Positions 13,124 to 25,749 of a stretch of DNA of 44,934 nt are shown piece after piece. The notes under the pieces were generated by a model. That model saw only the letters and a program-made list of their open reading frames with translations, was not told where the DNA came from and ran no database searches. Position numbers and translations under genes: made by a program. Position 1 is the stretch's first letter. Every line of letters starts with the position of its first letter. The DNA lies in the NCBI RefSeq assembly GCF_001194135.2, contig NC_068983.1:75033436-75078369 (forward strand). The letters run 5' to 3'. Source of the stretch: Octopus bimaculoides. Taxonomy: Eukaryota.

Positions 13124-13373
13124 TAATATGGACAGCAGTGTGCAATGTTTCACCAAAAAGGAGAATTATAATTGTCAGTAAATATGACTACGGTGTTAGA
13201 AACACCAACATTGGTAAAAGTGAGAGCTAAAATGTTTTAGTGTGTTGACTACAGCATTAGAGCATTTTAGCTCTTATTTCCAGCAATGTAGTTATTTCTA
13301 ACACCCTGGTCATATTTAATGACAATTATAGTTTTCCTTTTTGGTAAAACATTGCACACTGTTGTCCATATTA
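13124..13373. mobile_element. ~250-bp fold-back element (MITE-like)
   Basis: Left end TAATATGGACAGCAGTGTGCAATGTTTCACCAAAAAGG pairs with right end CCTTTTTGGTAAAACATTGCACACTGTTGTCCATATTA. Pairing extends to GAGCTAAAATG / CATTTTAGCTC. Confidence 0.85.
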
Positions 13374-13965
13374 ATTTTATATATATACATAATGCATGAA
13401 TATGTGCGCACGCACACACACACGCACACATATAAATATAAACATATATATATACACGCACATACATGCATATATACATATATATGTGACTGTACGTATA
13501 TATATATATATGTGTGTGCGTATATATATACATGTATGTACATATATCTGAAACAGTGAATTTCAACAATATGGCTGAAAAGTAACACTTCTTCAAAGAG
13601 ACGTTCTCTATACTAAATATATAATCGTGATAAGGTCTCGCATATATTATATAGTGATTGGGGATTTTTTTTTCTTTTGAACGTATATCATCACAAATTT
13701 AAAAACAGCAATTAGCCCTTTTCATATCAACCAGCCTGAGACTGCACCTCGCCCTAAGACTTCATGTTTAGAGTGATCTCATTTAAAACACCCCATAAAA
13801 CCTTTATGTCAATTCATGTTCCAAATACTGAAATTTTAATGACGGAGCTATTTTACTTAATTCTTTGTTATTTTCAAAATTACTTGGAACAGAGACAGCT
13901 TATTTTCGACATGGTAACTAAACGGCGCACATGTGCTTAGGTTTCGCCTAATACTTTCTACAGCA

Positions 13966-14165
13966 GAGACAAAGCCTGAAATTTTGGTGGACGGGGATAT
14001 TCGGTTACATCGACCTCAGTGCTTGATTGTTACATACTTTATCGACCTCGAAAGGATGAACGGCAAAGTCGACCACGCTGCGATTTGAACTCAAAGCGAC
14101 AGCCAGAAGAAAATCTGCTAAGCGTTTTATTCCGCATGCTAACGATTATGCTAGGTCGCTGCCTT
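13966..14165 (-). mobile_element. SINE family A
   Basis: Reverse complement of the family A sequence (TTTATCGACCTCGAAAGGATGAACGGCAAAGTCGAC...CTAACGATTATGCTAG). Confidence 0.75.
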
Positions 14166-15626
14166 CATCATATAGCATAATATTTGTTTTTCTTCTGTAT
14201 CTTTATATTTTGCTTGTTATATGCTCAATTATTTACCTCATATATTTTATATAACATGCGCATGCATTGTGCGTTCCCTTGCTTGTGTGCGCGTGCGGGC
14301 GTGTATGAGAATTTGACATTTCGCATTGAATCTACTTTCCAGTTGATAATGAGTCACCCTCAGTGCTTAGCCCTCGAGTGTTTCCTGTAAAGATTCAAAA
14401 TTAACATGCTTAGTATTGATTAATAATTTTTTTTTTTAATTGATATTTCATACAAGACAGCCCAAAGAAATGCCGATCTGTATGGAAATACAAACATGCG
14501 ATTTTATAAAATTCGAAGCATTGAATATATATACTCATGTTCCAACAACTGATCCACTTCCTTGAGCCAACGGGAAGCCTCTGCGCAGTTGCACGATCTG
14601 CTAGAAGTATCAGCCTAATATTTATTGGCGTGTTTGTCTGTTTATCTATCCATCTATCCATCCATCCATCTATATCGGTTGACCTATCTCTTTCTATCGA
14701 TCCATCTGTCTATCCATCTGTGTATCGATCCATGTATCTGTCTGTCTATTTTTCCATCTATCTATCTATCGATCTATCTATCTAACATTCTGTTTCGTAC
14801 TCTCTCTCTCTCTCTCTCTCTCCCTTTTGCTTGCTCTCTCGTTTGCTTGCTCTCTCGTTTGCTTGCTCTCTCATTTGCTTGCTCTCTCTCCCTCCCTCTC
14901 TCTCTCTCTCTCTCTCTCATTCTCTCTCTCCCCCTCTCTTTCTCTCATTTTCTCCCTGAGATCACATCATACAGTCACTCAACCACCGCCAAATAAGAAA
15001 TAAATAAATAAATAAGAGGCATTGAATAATGTAATTTTATACACGCTACACATAAATGCGAGGCATAGCTGAGTAGTAACGAAGTTCACTTTGTAATCAT
15101 TAAGTTCCAGGTTCGAACCTGTTGTCTGGCACTTTTGGCAATTGACTTTTACAATTGACTAACGTAGGCTCATACCTAGTGATTGAAACTGAAAATTGGG
15201 AACTGAATTGAAGCCCATCGGATCAATTATACCAGAAATAATTCAAAGGTTCAACCATTTCAAATGCTGCCATGTTGATTCGGTCTGTGAAATACTCAAC
15301 CAACTTTCCCGTTAAGTTGCCAAGTAGAATATTCAGTTGCTCAAACGACTGAATGCTTACCGTCGAAACCGACGGAGAATCCATCATTACACTCCCAATA
15401 AAAAGACAACAGCATGATCATGGATTGAACGCCTTTCATCATATTACATTTACAAAAACCGATCCAAACTATTTCATTCATTTGCTATGTTCCTTCTTTG
15501 AAATATTAACTTTCATTGAAATTACATCATTTCTTTTATATGTTTTTTTTATTTGTTGTTGCTTTTATTTTATATTTATTCATTTATTTATTACTTTCAA
15601 TCTCTGTTTTGATTTATATCTCGCAT

Positions 15627-15694
<68 letters not shown>

Positions 15695-15984
15695 TAAGCA
15701 GTGAATCGAATTTTTTTTTTATTATTATTATTAATCATCTTCCCATTCTTGTAACTAATGATCAAACAAACACAAAAGATCTTTCTATAAAAAAAACTTT
15801 ACAAAAAAACAGAAAAGCGGAAAGATTCAATCGCTTAATCTTCCAATAAAATTTAAACAACTTTAAATAAACAGAACCGCTATTTTGTTGTGGGGCTTTA
15901 TTTATTCTTTTTTAATTTTTTTTTGTTTGTTTTTTTCTTGTTCTTTTTCCATTTCGTTCGATATTATAACTGAACTTCTTCATA

Positions 15985-15991
15985 CTACTAC

Positions 15992-16047
<56 letters not shown>

Positions 16048-16075
16048 ATNNNNNNNNNNCTACTACTACTACTAC

Positions 16076-16125
<50 letters not shown>

Positions 16126-16292
16126 AGGTAGATGAGGCTTTTTTCATCTTTTTTGTGCTGTTATTATTGTCGAGGACAAAATATTGTAAAGAAAATTCTT
16201 CGTGATTATGTTCATCATCATAATAATAATTATCATTAATGCTATCAATAATAGCTCCGATATTATACTTTTTATTATTATTATCATTTTTA

Positions 16293-16345
<53 letters not shown>
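15985..16345. repeat. (CTA)n and (TTA)n trinucleotide microsatellites
   Basis: Directly visible; they produce the poly-T/V/N/I ORFs. Other trinucleotide arrays lie at 17070-17215, 26938-27000, 34888-34960, 40320-40420, 42410-42478, 42803-42900 and 44697-44934. Confidence 0.95.
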
Positions 16346-16347
<2 letters not shown>

Positions 16348-17065
16348 CAATAAGTGCCATTTGGGTAATGGAGTCGATGTAATCAAGTATCCCCCTCCTC
16401 CAAAATTTCAAGCCTCGTACCAATAGTAGAAAGGGCTTTCGTCTATTTCTACGTTCTGAGTTCAAATTCCACCGAGTTCCACTTTGTCTTTCATCCTTTC
16501 TGGGTCGATAAAATAACTACCAGTAGAGTACTGGGGTCGATGTAATCGACTTAACCCCACCCTCGAAGTTTCTGGCCTTGTGTCAAAATTTGAAATCCTC
16601 ATCGTCATTAAGATGATGATGATGATGAGTAAAGCTTCGAACTAGCAGAATCGTTACCACGCCGAACAAAATGCTTAGCGAAATTTCGTCTGTTTTTATG
16701 TTATACGAGTTCAAATTCCGCCGCGGTCGGCTTTCGGGTTCAATGAAATTAAGTTTCACTTCAGTATTGGCAGGAAGGGGTCGATGTAATCGACTATTCC
16801 TTCCCCCAAATTTTCAGGCCTTGTGCCTATAGTAGAAAAGATTAATATTATTATAAGTAGGAAGGCAGCGAGCTGGTTGAATAGTTAGCACGCCGGGCAA
16901 AATGCTTAGCGGTATTTTGTCCGTCTTTATGTACTGAGTTCAAATTCCACCGAAGTCAACTTTACCTTTCATCCTTTCGAGGTTGATAAAATAAGTACCA
17001 GTTGAGCACCGGGGTCGATGTAATCAATTTAACCTTATCCTGAAATTTCAGATCTTGTACCTACA
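16345..17065 (+). mobile_element. Head-to-tail array of SINE family A copies and fragments
   Basis: GGGGTCGATGTAATC-type blocks recur at ~16375, 16515, 16780 and 17015, all in the same orientation. The array is bounded by (TTA)n and (GTA)n/(GCA)n. Confidence 0.8.
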
Positions 17066-17156
17066 GTAGAAAGTAGTAGTAGTAGCTGCAGCAGCAGCAG
17101 TTGCCGCAGAAGCAGCAGTAGTTGTAGTAGTAGTAGTAGTAGTAGTAGCAGCAGTT

Positions 17157-17215
<59 letters not shown>

Positions 17216-17853
17216 GTAACCATTCCTTCTCTATTGCTCAGCTCAGTCATTAGTTCTTCGTCTGTGCCTCTTACAAACCTACACCCATTCATATACGCAT
17301 GTGCACAAATAAACACACATATTCATCAATACAGGCGTGTGCACGCGCTAACAGATGCGCACAAGCATCCATACGTCCTACATGAGAGACATCTGTTTCT
17401 GTACACTGTTTTCTTTAGAAGCTTTATTTTTAGTTTATCACCATTGTTCCGCATGCTACCACATTTGTAAATTTAATTTCAAGTTTATGCTTCCATAATT
17501 TTATCTTTTATCCTTCAATTACTAAATCGTCTGCTTTATTGATTTTTCGAATCTCCCATACTTCGAAAAGGAGAAAGACAAATAAAATGAAAAACAATAA
17601 CAAGAAAAAAATTATTAGAATGAATCTATCCAAGTAATATATTTTGTATATTACTAATTGCTATCCCACGGGATTGATTAACAACAGATTAGGCGATAAA
17701 ACTACGCAGCACATACATTCTAGCATGCATATATACATCCATATATACATGACAGGAGATGAATTGGAAAACACAGTCACAACTATTTATGATTTTATAT
17801 ATAAATGCGAGTGTATCTATAGACGTTCGCACACACACACACACAGAAGCATA

Positions 17854-17911
<58 letters not shown>

Positions 17912-17976
17912 TCGCCATAATTGGTCGCTAACTGCACGAGTTTTTTTTTATTCTCTCTCTATTTATTTCCTCATAT

Positions 17977-18016
17977 TCTTTTCTGTTGAAGATTGTAGAC
18001 TCGAAACATAAAAGAC
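17977..18016 (+). ncRNA. Degenerate minimal hammerhead-ribozyme-like motif
   Basis: TCTTTT-CTGTTGA-AGATTGTAGACTC-GAAAC-ATA-AAAGA. The flanks TCTTT and AAAGA are complementary, but the core and the cleavage triplet deviate from consensus. Confidence 0.35.
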
Positions 18017-18336
18017 TTTCTCATTTTCCCGAGCGTCATACTAATTGTTGTTCATATACCTACCTTGTTGTTCACCTGCTTGTTGTTCATATACCTATCT
18101 TCGTCTTTTGTTTTTCTGTAGATTTCAACTATATATATATATATAATACAAAGAATATATATACATGTATACACACATATATGTACATACTTACATCTAC
18201 ATGTGTATATACATGCATATCAGGGTACAGGACGTTAGAACAATGAACTACAGACAACGGAACGAACACATAGGAACGGAAAGCCACTTGGAATATCCCT
18301 TCATCAGCTGTCTCTATTCTAACTAGACGTATATAT

Positions 18337-19252
18337 NNNNNNNNNNNNNNNNNNNNNNNNNNNNNNNNNNNNNNNNNNNNNNNNNNNNNNNNNNNNNNNN
18401 NNNNNNNNNNNNNNNNNNNNNNNNNNNNNNNNNNNNNNNNNNNNNNNNNNNNNNNNNNNNNNNNNNNNNNNNNNNNNNNNNNNNNNNNNNNNNNNNNNNN
18501 NNNNNNNNNNNNNNNNNNNNNNNNNNNNNNNNNNNNNNNNNNNNNNNNNNNNNNNNNNNNNNNNNNNNNNNNNNNNNNNNNNNNNNNNNNNNNNNNNNNN
18601 NNNNNNNNNNNNNNNNNNNNNNNNNNNNNNNNNNNNNNNNNNNNNNNNNNNNNNNNNNNNNNNNNNNNNNNNNNNNNNNNNNNNNNNNNNNNNNNNNNNN
18701 NNNNNNNNNNNNNNNNNNNNNNNNNNNNNNNNNNNNNNNNNNNNNNNNNNNNNNNNNNNNNNNNNNNNNNNNNNNNNNNNNNNNNNNNNNNNNNNNNNNN
18801 NNNNNNNNNNNNNNNNNNNNNNNNNNNNNNNNNNNNNNNNNNNNNNNNNNNNNNNNNNNNNNNNNNNNNNNNNNNNNNNNNNNNNNNNNNNNNNNNNNNN
18901 NNNNNNNNNNNNNNNNNNNNNNNNNNNNNNNNNNNNNNNNNNNNNNNNNNNNNNNNNNNNNNNNNNNNNNNNNNNNNNNNNNNNNNNNNNNNNNNNNNNN
19001 NNNNNNNNNNNNNNNNNNNNNNNNNNNNNNNNNNNNNNNNNNNNNNNNNNNNNNNNNNNNNNNNNNNNNNNNNNNNNNNNNNNNNNNNNNNNNNNNNNNN
19101 NNNNNNNNNNNNNNNNNNNNNNNNNNNNNNNNNNNNNNNNNNNNNNNNNNNNNNNNNNNNNNNNNNNNNNNNNNNNNNNNNNNNNNNNNNNNNNNNNNNN
19201 NNNNNNNNNNNNNNNNNNNNNNNNNNNNNNNNNNNNNNNNNNNNNNNNNNNN
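18337..19252. other. Assembly gap (largest N-run)
   Basis: N-run. Other gaps lie at 1751-1787, 16050-16059, 21530-21878, 23852-24368, 36447-36626 and 40369-40378; each abuts a microsatellite on at least one side. Confidence 1.
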
Positions 19253-19598
19253 TCCGTCGCTTACGACGTCGAGGGTTCCAGTTGATCCGATCAACGGAAC
19301 AGCCTGCTCGTGAAATTACCGTGCAAGTGGCTGAGCACTCCACAGACACATGTACCCTTAACGTAGTTCTCGGGGACATTCAGCGTGAATTACAGGCACA
19401 ACAGAAACAGGCAGTAAGAGTGAGAGAAAGTTGTGGTGAAAGAGTACAGCAGGGTTCGCCACCATCCCCTGCCGGAGCCTCGTGGAGCTTCAGGTGTTTT
19501 CGCTCAATAAACACTCACAACGCCCGGTCTGGGAATCGAAATGGCGATCCTATGACCGCGAGTCCGCTGCCCTAACCACTGGGCCATTGCGCCTCCAC
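19253..19598 (-). mobile_element. tRNA-derived SINE (family C)
   Basis: Minus-strand head GTGGAGGCGCAATGGCCCAGTGGTTAGGGCAGCGGACTCGCGGTC...TTCGATTCC. The body matches the copy at 43494-43860. The 3' end runs into an N gap. Confidence 0.85.
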
Positions 19599-19881
19599 TG
19601 TTAACATTAATACAGTTGTCATATACACGCGACGCTGCATACATACTTTCGTAAATACATAGATGCAACACACACAGAAAAGTGGGTGTGAGGAATACAT
19701 AACATTAAGGAGAGGGGGACAGGTGGTTTTCTGCTACCCATTGCAAAGAAACACTCACACACAAACACACACATAGATACATATATATACATACACACGT
19801 ACATACGTACATACGTACATACATACATATGTCTACTATATACCATTTTAAACTCGTGATTACCTATGTGTATGTTTGTAA

Positions 19882-19927
<46 letters not shown>

Positions 19928-20184
19928 ATCACTTTCTATAACTGTCTGTCTCCCTACTTTTGTAGGACCTTCCCTGTTGCTGTCACACTGTGAGATTTCA
20001 AAATTTCAAAATTTCAAAATTTGGTATATTGGAATAATTTTCACGTTAAATCCGATTTTGCTGTTTCTTTGTTACAGAAAAAATGCAGAAAAATGTTACT
20101 GTGGTTTAAAGTTTAATCAATTTTACTTAATCAGAAAACAGGATTTGGAAGCTGGCATCTTCTGCATGAAAGCGGTCTATCACG

Positions 20185-20460
20185 AAATGAAAGCAACGAC
20201 GAGTGTTCCAGTTGATACAATCAGCATGCTCGTGAAATACGTTCAAGAGGCTGAGCACTCAACAGACGCGTACTGTTAGTTTAGTTCTCAAGGAGATTCA
20301 GCGTGACACTTAGTGTAACAAGGATGGCCCTCTGAATTACACAATCACAACTCAATTTTGCCACTTGAGTTGGATGGAACAATGAGAAACAAGGTGTCAC
20401 CACCGAGAATCGAACTTACGATCGTGAGTCGAATACTCTAACCAAAAAGCCACGCGCCTT
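20185..20460 (-). mobile_element. SINE family C-related, diverged copy
   Basis: Shares GTTCCAGTTGAT...GCTCGTGAAAT...GGCTGAGCACTC with 19253-19598 and ends in a reversed tRNA-like head (GAGAATCGAAC...CTAACCA). Confidence 0.6.
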
Positions 20461-20513
20461 CACACACTCACACACACACAGACAGATATGTAATATGCAT
20501 GCATGTAATACGT

Positions 20514-20735
20514 AGGGTGGCGAGCTGGCAGAATCGTTAGCACGCCGGGCGAAATGCTTAGCGGTATTTCGACTGAGTTCAACTTCCACCGAGATCCACT
20601 TTTCCTTTCATCCTTTCGGGGTCGATTAAATAAGTACCAGTTACGCACTGGCGTCGATGTAATCGACTTAATCCTTTTGTCTGTCCTTGTTTGTCCCCTC
20701 TAAGTTTTGCCCCCTGTGGGCTATAAAGAAATAAG
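20514..20735 (+). mobile_element. SINE family A
   Basis: GGTGGCGAGCTGGCAGAATCGTTAGCACGCCGGGCG...CCTTTCATCCTTTCGGGGTCGATTAAATAAGTACCAG. Confidence 0.85.
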
Positions 20736-21463
20736 TATACACATACGTACATACATACAGGTAGACAGACAGACAGATAGATAGATAGATAGGTAGGTAG
20801 ATAGATAGATAAATAGATATGCACTGGTACCAGCATACTGCCCAGTACATAGATATACATAAATGTGCTCACACACTTCTGTATTTGCGATATGATAGGT
20901 TTATATGTGAGTAAATGGGATTAGAAAATTCTCGTCGATAAATAGCAGGACACAGAAATAGAATCAGCATCAGGGTGTAGTAGAAAATCAATAGCTATAA
21001 ATTATGAATGAGTTTTCATTTGAATAACGTTCAACGAATTAATTTTTACCGGTCTTTTTCAACGAAACGTCCGTTGCAAAGGAGACCATTGGGAAATGAG
21101 ATGGAGTAGAACCGAACTAAAGTACAGCGTGTAACATCTTTCAACGAACGTCAAGGTTTTAGGGAATGGTTATTAGGCGCTTTTTGTTTATCGTTTACTG
21201 CTGATAAAGTATTGATCTTTAGTTTACGTCTTCTTGATGTTGAGCTATTTACAGAGTAATTAGAGAATATTTATTGCAAGTCGAATCGAAAATGAAACGG
21301 AAGAATCTTTGATTGCTACTGTTCCGTTTAAGAGACTTCTAGCAGTTTTTACATCTTGTTTCAGTGATGTTAGGTTTTTCTCAAATGGTTAAGAGTGAAA
21401 ATAAATGCATGGAGAAATAAGACCAGAAAAATAAATCGCATGCTCAAACTTATACTCACCAAC

Positions 21464-21529
<66 letters not shown>

Positions 21530-21889
21530 NNNNNNNNNNNNNNNNNNNNNNNNNNNNNNNNNNNNNNNNNNNNNNNNNNNNNNNNNNNNNNNNNNNNNNN
21601 NNNNNNNNNNNNNNNNNNNNNNNNNNNNNNNNNNNNNNNNNNNNNNNNNNNNNNNNNNNNNNNNNNNNNNNNNNNNNNNNNNNNNNNNNNNNNNNNNNNN
21701 NNNNNNNNNNNNNNNNNNNNNNNNNNNNNNNNNNNNNNNNNNNNNNNNNNNNNNNNNNNNNNNNNNNNNNNNNNNNNNNNNNNNNNNNNNNNNNNNNNNN
21801 NNNNNNNNNNNNNNNNNNNNNNNNNNNNNNNNNNNNNNNNNNNNNNNNNNNNNNNNNNNNNNNNNNNNNNNNNNNNNNTGTGTGTGTGT

Positions 21890-22570
21890 GTGTGTACTCT
21901 TTTACTTGTTTCAGTCATTTTGACTGTGGCCATGCTGGAGCACCACCTTTAGTCGAACAAATCGATCCCAGAACTTATTTTTTAAGCCTAATACTTACTC
22001 TATCGACATCTCTGTCGAACCACTATGTTACGGGGATATAAACACACCAACACCGGTTGTCAAACGATGATGGGGAAGACAGACACGCACACGCACACAT
22101 TTACATATATTTAGGATGAGACACGTGTTATTTGGTCTCTAATTTATATGTTAATGCTTTGGCGTATCCTCTTATGAGAACTTCGCCTTGAAAATTATTT
22201 TATTTGCTAATTAAAGTTCGAAACCTGAGGCCCGGCTGTAAAACATGGTAAATGTTTTTATTTTTCATTCCTTTCGAAATTGCTCTTAACTGTGGTTTGG
22301 ATTTTTTTACTGTTCTTTCTAGTATGTTAGGCAACCTGTTAAGGCTCGCCTCTTTGTGTTTAAATGTGCAATAATTTATATATAGATATATATATATATA
22401 TATATGCATACGATGGGCTTCATTTAGTTTCCGTCTACCAAACCCACTCACAATGCTTTGGCCACCCCGAGGCTATAGTAGAAAATACTTGCCCAATGTG
22501 CCACGCAGTGGGACTGAACCCAGGACCATGACGTTGGGAAGCAAGTTTCTTACCCCACAGCCACACCGTA
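21890..22570 (-). mobile_element. SINE family B, split copy
   Basis: The head (22400-22570) and tail (21890-22080) match 3269-3662 in reverse orientation. They are separated by ~320 bp of unrelated sequence at the internal microsatellite linker. Confidence 0.7.
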
Positions 22571-23046
22571 CCCGACCTTGCACGAGTTTATTTTCACTTT
22601 AAAAAGATACATAAATACGTTATATTTCGGATAAATTACTTTAAAGTAAAAACACCGATAATCTTCAATTGGTCCAGCAATGTCGATTCAATCAGAATGT
22701 CGAATCCAAGTCAGGTAGAAGACCGTTCAAGTTTAGCTTCATAAAAATGCCAACAATAAACAAACGTAGGATCTAAAATACTATTTTACACATATTCTTT
22801 TCCAGGAATACATGCATTTTTACAAAACACTATACTAATTTACATAATTACTCAAAAGGAATTATTTTGAAAAAAAAATGTTTTGTGAGAAAATTAAAGA
22901 ATTTAAGTGTTAGCTTTTACACTCACGGTTTTTTTTTTTTTGGTTTTTTTTTTCATCTTTTCAGAAATTCTTTTATTTAATTTGTGTTTATGAATTTGTT
23001 TTGGAAGATTCCTGGTGTGAAATCACGTGTTGAAACAGATATCGTT

Positions 23047-23428
23047 ATATTTTTTTTCTTGCCAAATAAACACACGCACTATATATTCGTTCTTCACTCG
23101 TTTATTATTGTTCTTATTTTATGTCCATTGTCTGGAAATCTTTCGTCACACATCCTGTGACTACTCAACGACTTCCCATCTCTCGTGTCTCTTGTTCTGT
23201 TTAGTCCATTCTGCCCTTTTAGAAAGACAGAATGGACTAAAAAGCACAGGGAGACACACGTGAGATGGAAGGTTGCTAAACAGAACAGCAGAAGACACGT
23301 GGGATGGAAAGCCACTGAAGATGTCACAGGTGTGTGACGAAAGATTTCCAGACAATAGACATAAAATAATAACAGTAATAAACAAGTGAAGAATATAGAG
23401 TGCGTGTATTTATTTGGCCAGAAAAAAG
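23047..23428. mobile_element. ~380-bp fold-back element (MITE-like)
   Basis: ATTGTCTGGAAATCTTTCGTCACACATCCTGTGAC pairs with GTCACAGGTGTGTGACGAAAGATTTCCAGACAAT, and TAGTCCATTCTG with CAGAATGGACTA at the centre (~23220). Confidence 0.85.
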
Positions 23429-23815
23429 TGACAATCTCGAAATACAAAATAATATTTTAAAAAGAATATATCAATTTACACAATTATACAAAATTAATAA
23501 TTTGTTTACTCAGTAATTTCCTTCTATTGTGCGGTACTTGGAAGTACACAATGTCCTCAGTTTTGCTGTCACATGGCTTATGATCATATTGTGAAGCGCT
23601 CCCATCTGAAAAATTTCAGGTATTTATCATACAACATAGAATATGCACACATATATTCGCATTTTCATTGAGAAGGTTTACGAATGTATATTGTGCTCGT
23701 GGGTGCAGGTGCGCGCGTGCGTATGTATGCCAGAGTATATGTGTGTCTGCATGTATGTTTTTGTCTGCATGTATGTTTTTGTCTGCATATATATGTGTGT
23801 GTGTGTGTGTGTATA

Positions 23816-23851
<36 letters not shown>

Positions 23852-24422
23852 NNNNNNNNNNNNNNNNNNNNNNNNNNNNNNNNNNNNNNNNNNNNNNNNN
23901 NNNNNNNNNNNNNNNNNNNNNNNNNNNNNNNNNNNNNNNNNNNNNNNNNNNNNNNNNNNNNNNNNNNNNNNNNNNNNNNNNNNNNNNNNNNNNNNNNNNN
24001 NNNNNNNNNNNNNNNNNNNNNNNNNNNNNNNNNNNNNNNNNNNNNNNNNNNNNNNNNNNNNNNNNNNNNNNNNNNNNNNNNNNNNNNNNNNNNNNNNNNN
24101 NNNNNNNNNNNNNNNNNNNNNNNNNNNNNNNNNNNNNNNNNNNNNNNNNNNNNNNNNNNNNNNNNNNNNNNNNNNNNNNNNNNNNNNNNNNNNNNNNNNN
24201 NNNNNNNNNNNNNNNNNNNNNNNNNNNNNNNNNNNNNNNNNNNNNNNNNNNNNNNNNNNNNNNNNNNNNNNNNNNNNNNNNNNNNNNNNNNNNNNNNNNN
24301 NNNNNNNNNNNNNNNNNNNNNNNNNNNNNNNNNNNNNNNNNNNNNNNNNNNNNNNNNNNNNNNNNNNNACGGGGAAGAGGGGAGAGAGACGGGGGAAGAG
24401 GGGAGAGAAGGGGGTTAGATAA

Positions 24423-24472
<50 letters not shown>

Positions 24473-24505
24473 GAGTATGTGTGCCTATGTGCATGGATAT
24501 GGGTG

Positions 24506-24537
<32 letters not shown>

Positions 24538-25006
24538 TTCAAATAATATTGATAGATGATGATGATGATGATGATGATGGCGACGACCCTCCTCATTTTT
24601 TCACCAAAACAGGGGCTAATGGCAATTTGAAAGTGGTATAATTAGTCCATGAAGATGGTTGTCGAATGAAATATAAGAAGAGCAAAAGGATGAAAAAACA
24701 GGAATGAACGAAAGTACTTGGAATAAAGAGAATAAAGAACTTAAGAAAGAATACTATTGATTTGGAAGGTCGATATTTTCGCTGGAAAGTAATTGTCTTT
24801 AGATTTACGTTAGTTTCCGACGAATGTAGTGGAAACGGAGGACGAAAACATATATTTTCTCATCTCTCAAACAGCTTCTCTTTCAATGCCTCCTACTTTC
24901 TTTCTGTCACTTACTAAGTGTGTATGTATATAGATATATATATATATATAAGAATGTATACTCAATATTCATTTGTTTTCCAAAATTATTTATATATACA
25001 TATATC

Positions 25007-25067
<61 letters not shown>

Positions 25068-25749
25068 GATATGTATATATGCATATATACATACGTATAC
25101 GTACATACTTACATGTATGTGTATACATAAGAGAAAGGAAAGGAGAAAACGAAAGAGTAAAAGGATAGAATAATGAGAGAAGAGGGGGTAAAAGAAAAAG
25201 AGAAAGGAAGAGAGAAAAAACGAAAGAACAAAAGGAAGAATAGAGAGTCGCATCACAATTATTAAGATAAAACTAACTTGGAAAAGCATGTGTAGCATTC
25301 AATCACATAATAATATATATATATATGCGTATACGTACATACATGTATACGTATACACATATGTATATATGGGCACAGGACGTCACAAAACATTATTTAT
25401 ATTATTATATGATTGAACGACACGCATCCTTTTCCAGGTAAGTTTTATCCTAATAATTCTGATGCGACTCTCTATTCTTCCTATTACTCTTTCGCTTTTT
25501 TCTCTCTTCTTTCTCTTATTCTTTTATCTCTTCTTCTCCCACTATTCTATCCTTTCACTCTTTCGTTTTCTCCCCCTCTTACTAGCCTAGGAGGCTAGTA
25601 AACTAATCTATAAATCTGGTCGTGTGTGCATGAATGCTTTTAATTCTTTGACTTCTTCCATAGCAAAAATGGTGAAGAATAATATTTTGAATGTTTGAAA
25701 AATCTTGCGTTACTTACAGGGGAAATATTTACAAAGTGTATATTCTTTG

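Noticed and set aside
14343-14386. Possible small exon after CTACTTTCCAG
   Set aside because: Weak donor (CT|GTAAAG), and the peptide does not match receptor motifs.
14826-14890. Short tandem repeats (16-mer x4 here, 18-mer at ~23745, 9-mer at ~20003)
   Set aside because: Local slippage products next to microsatellites with no unique spacers; not CRISPR-like.
15885-17316. Poly-T, poly-V, poly-N, poly-I and poly-L ORFs
   Set aside because: Trinucleotide microsatellites plus SINE sequence.
18129-19379. 323-416 aa ORFs, and similar ones at 21370-22041 and 23616-24596
   Set aside because: They are open only because they run through N gaps.
19540-19598. tRNA-like sequences here and at 3269, 10651 and 43494
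   Set aside because: They continue into shared SINE bodies and lack a complete cloverleaf, so they are SINE heads and not tRNA genes.
20144-20155. FGSW, resembling the nAChR loop B motif
   Set aside because: No upstream Cys-loop, an in-frame stop shortly before it, and the reading runs into a SINE.
25413-25445. Strong phase-1 donor CCAG|GTAAGT upstream of the M3 exon
   Set aside because: The preceding codons (NDTHPFP) do not fit the expected M2-M3 linker (P.TS..VPL), and there is no hydrophobic M2 or acceptor upstream.
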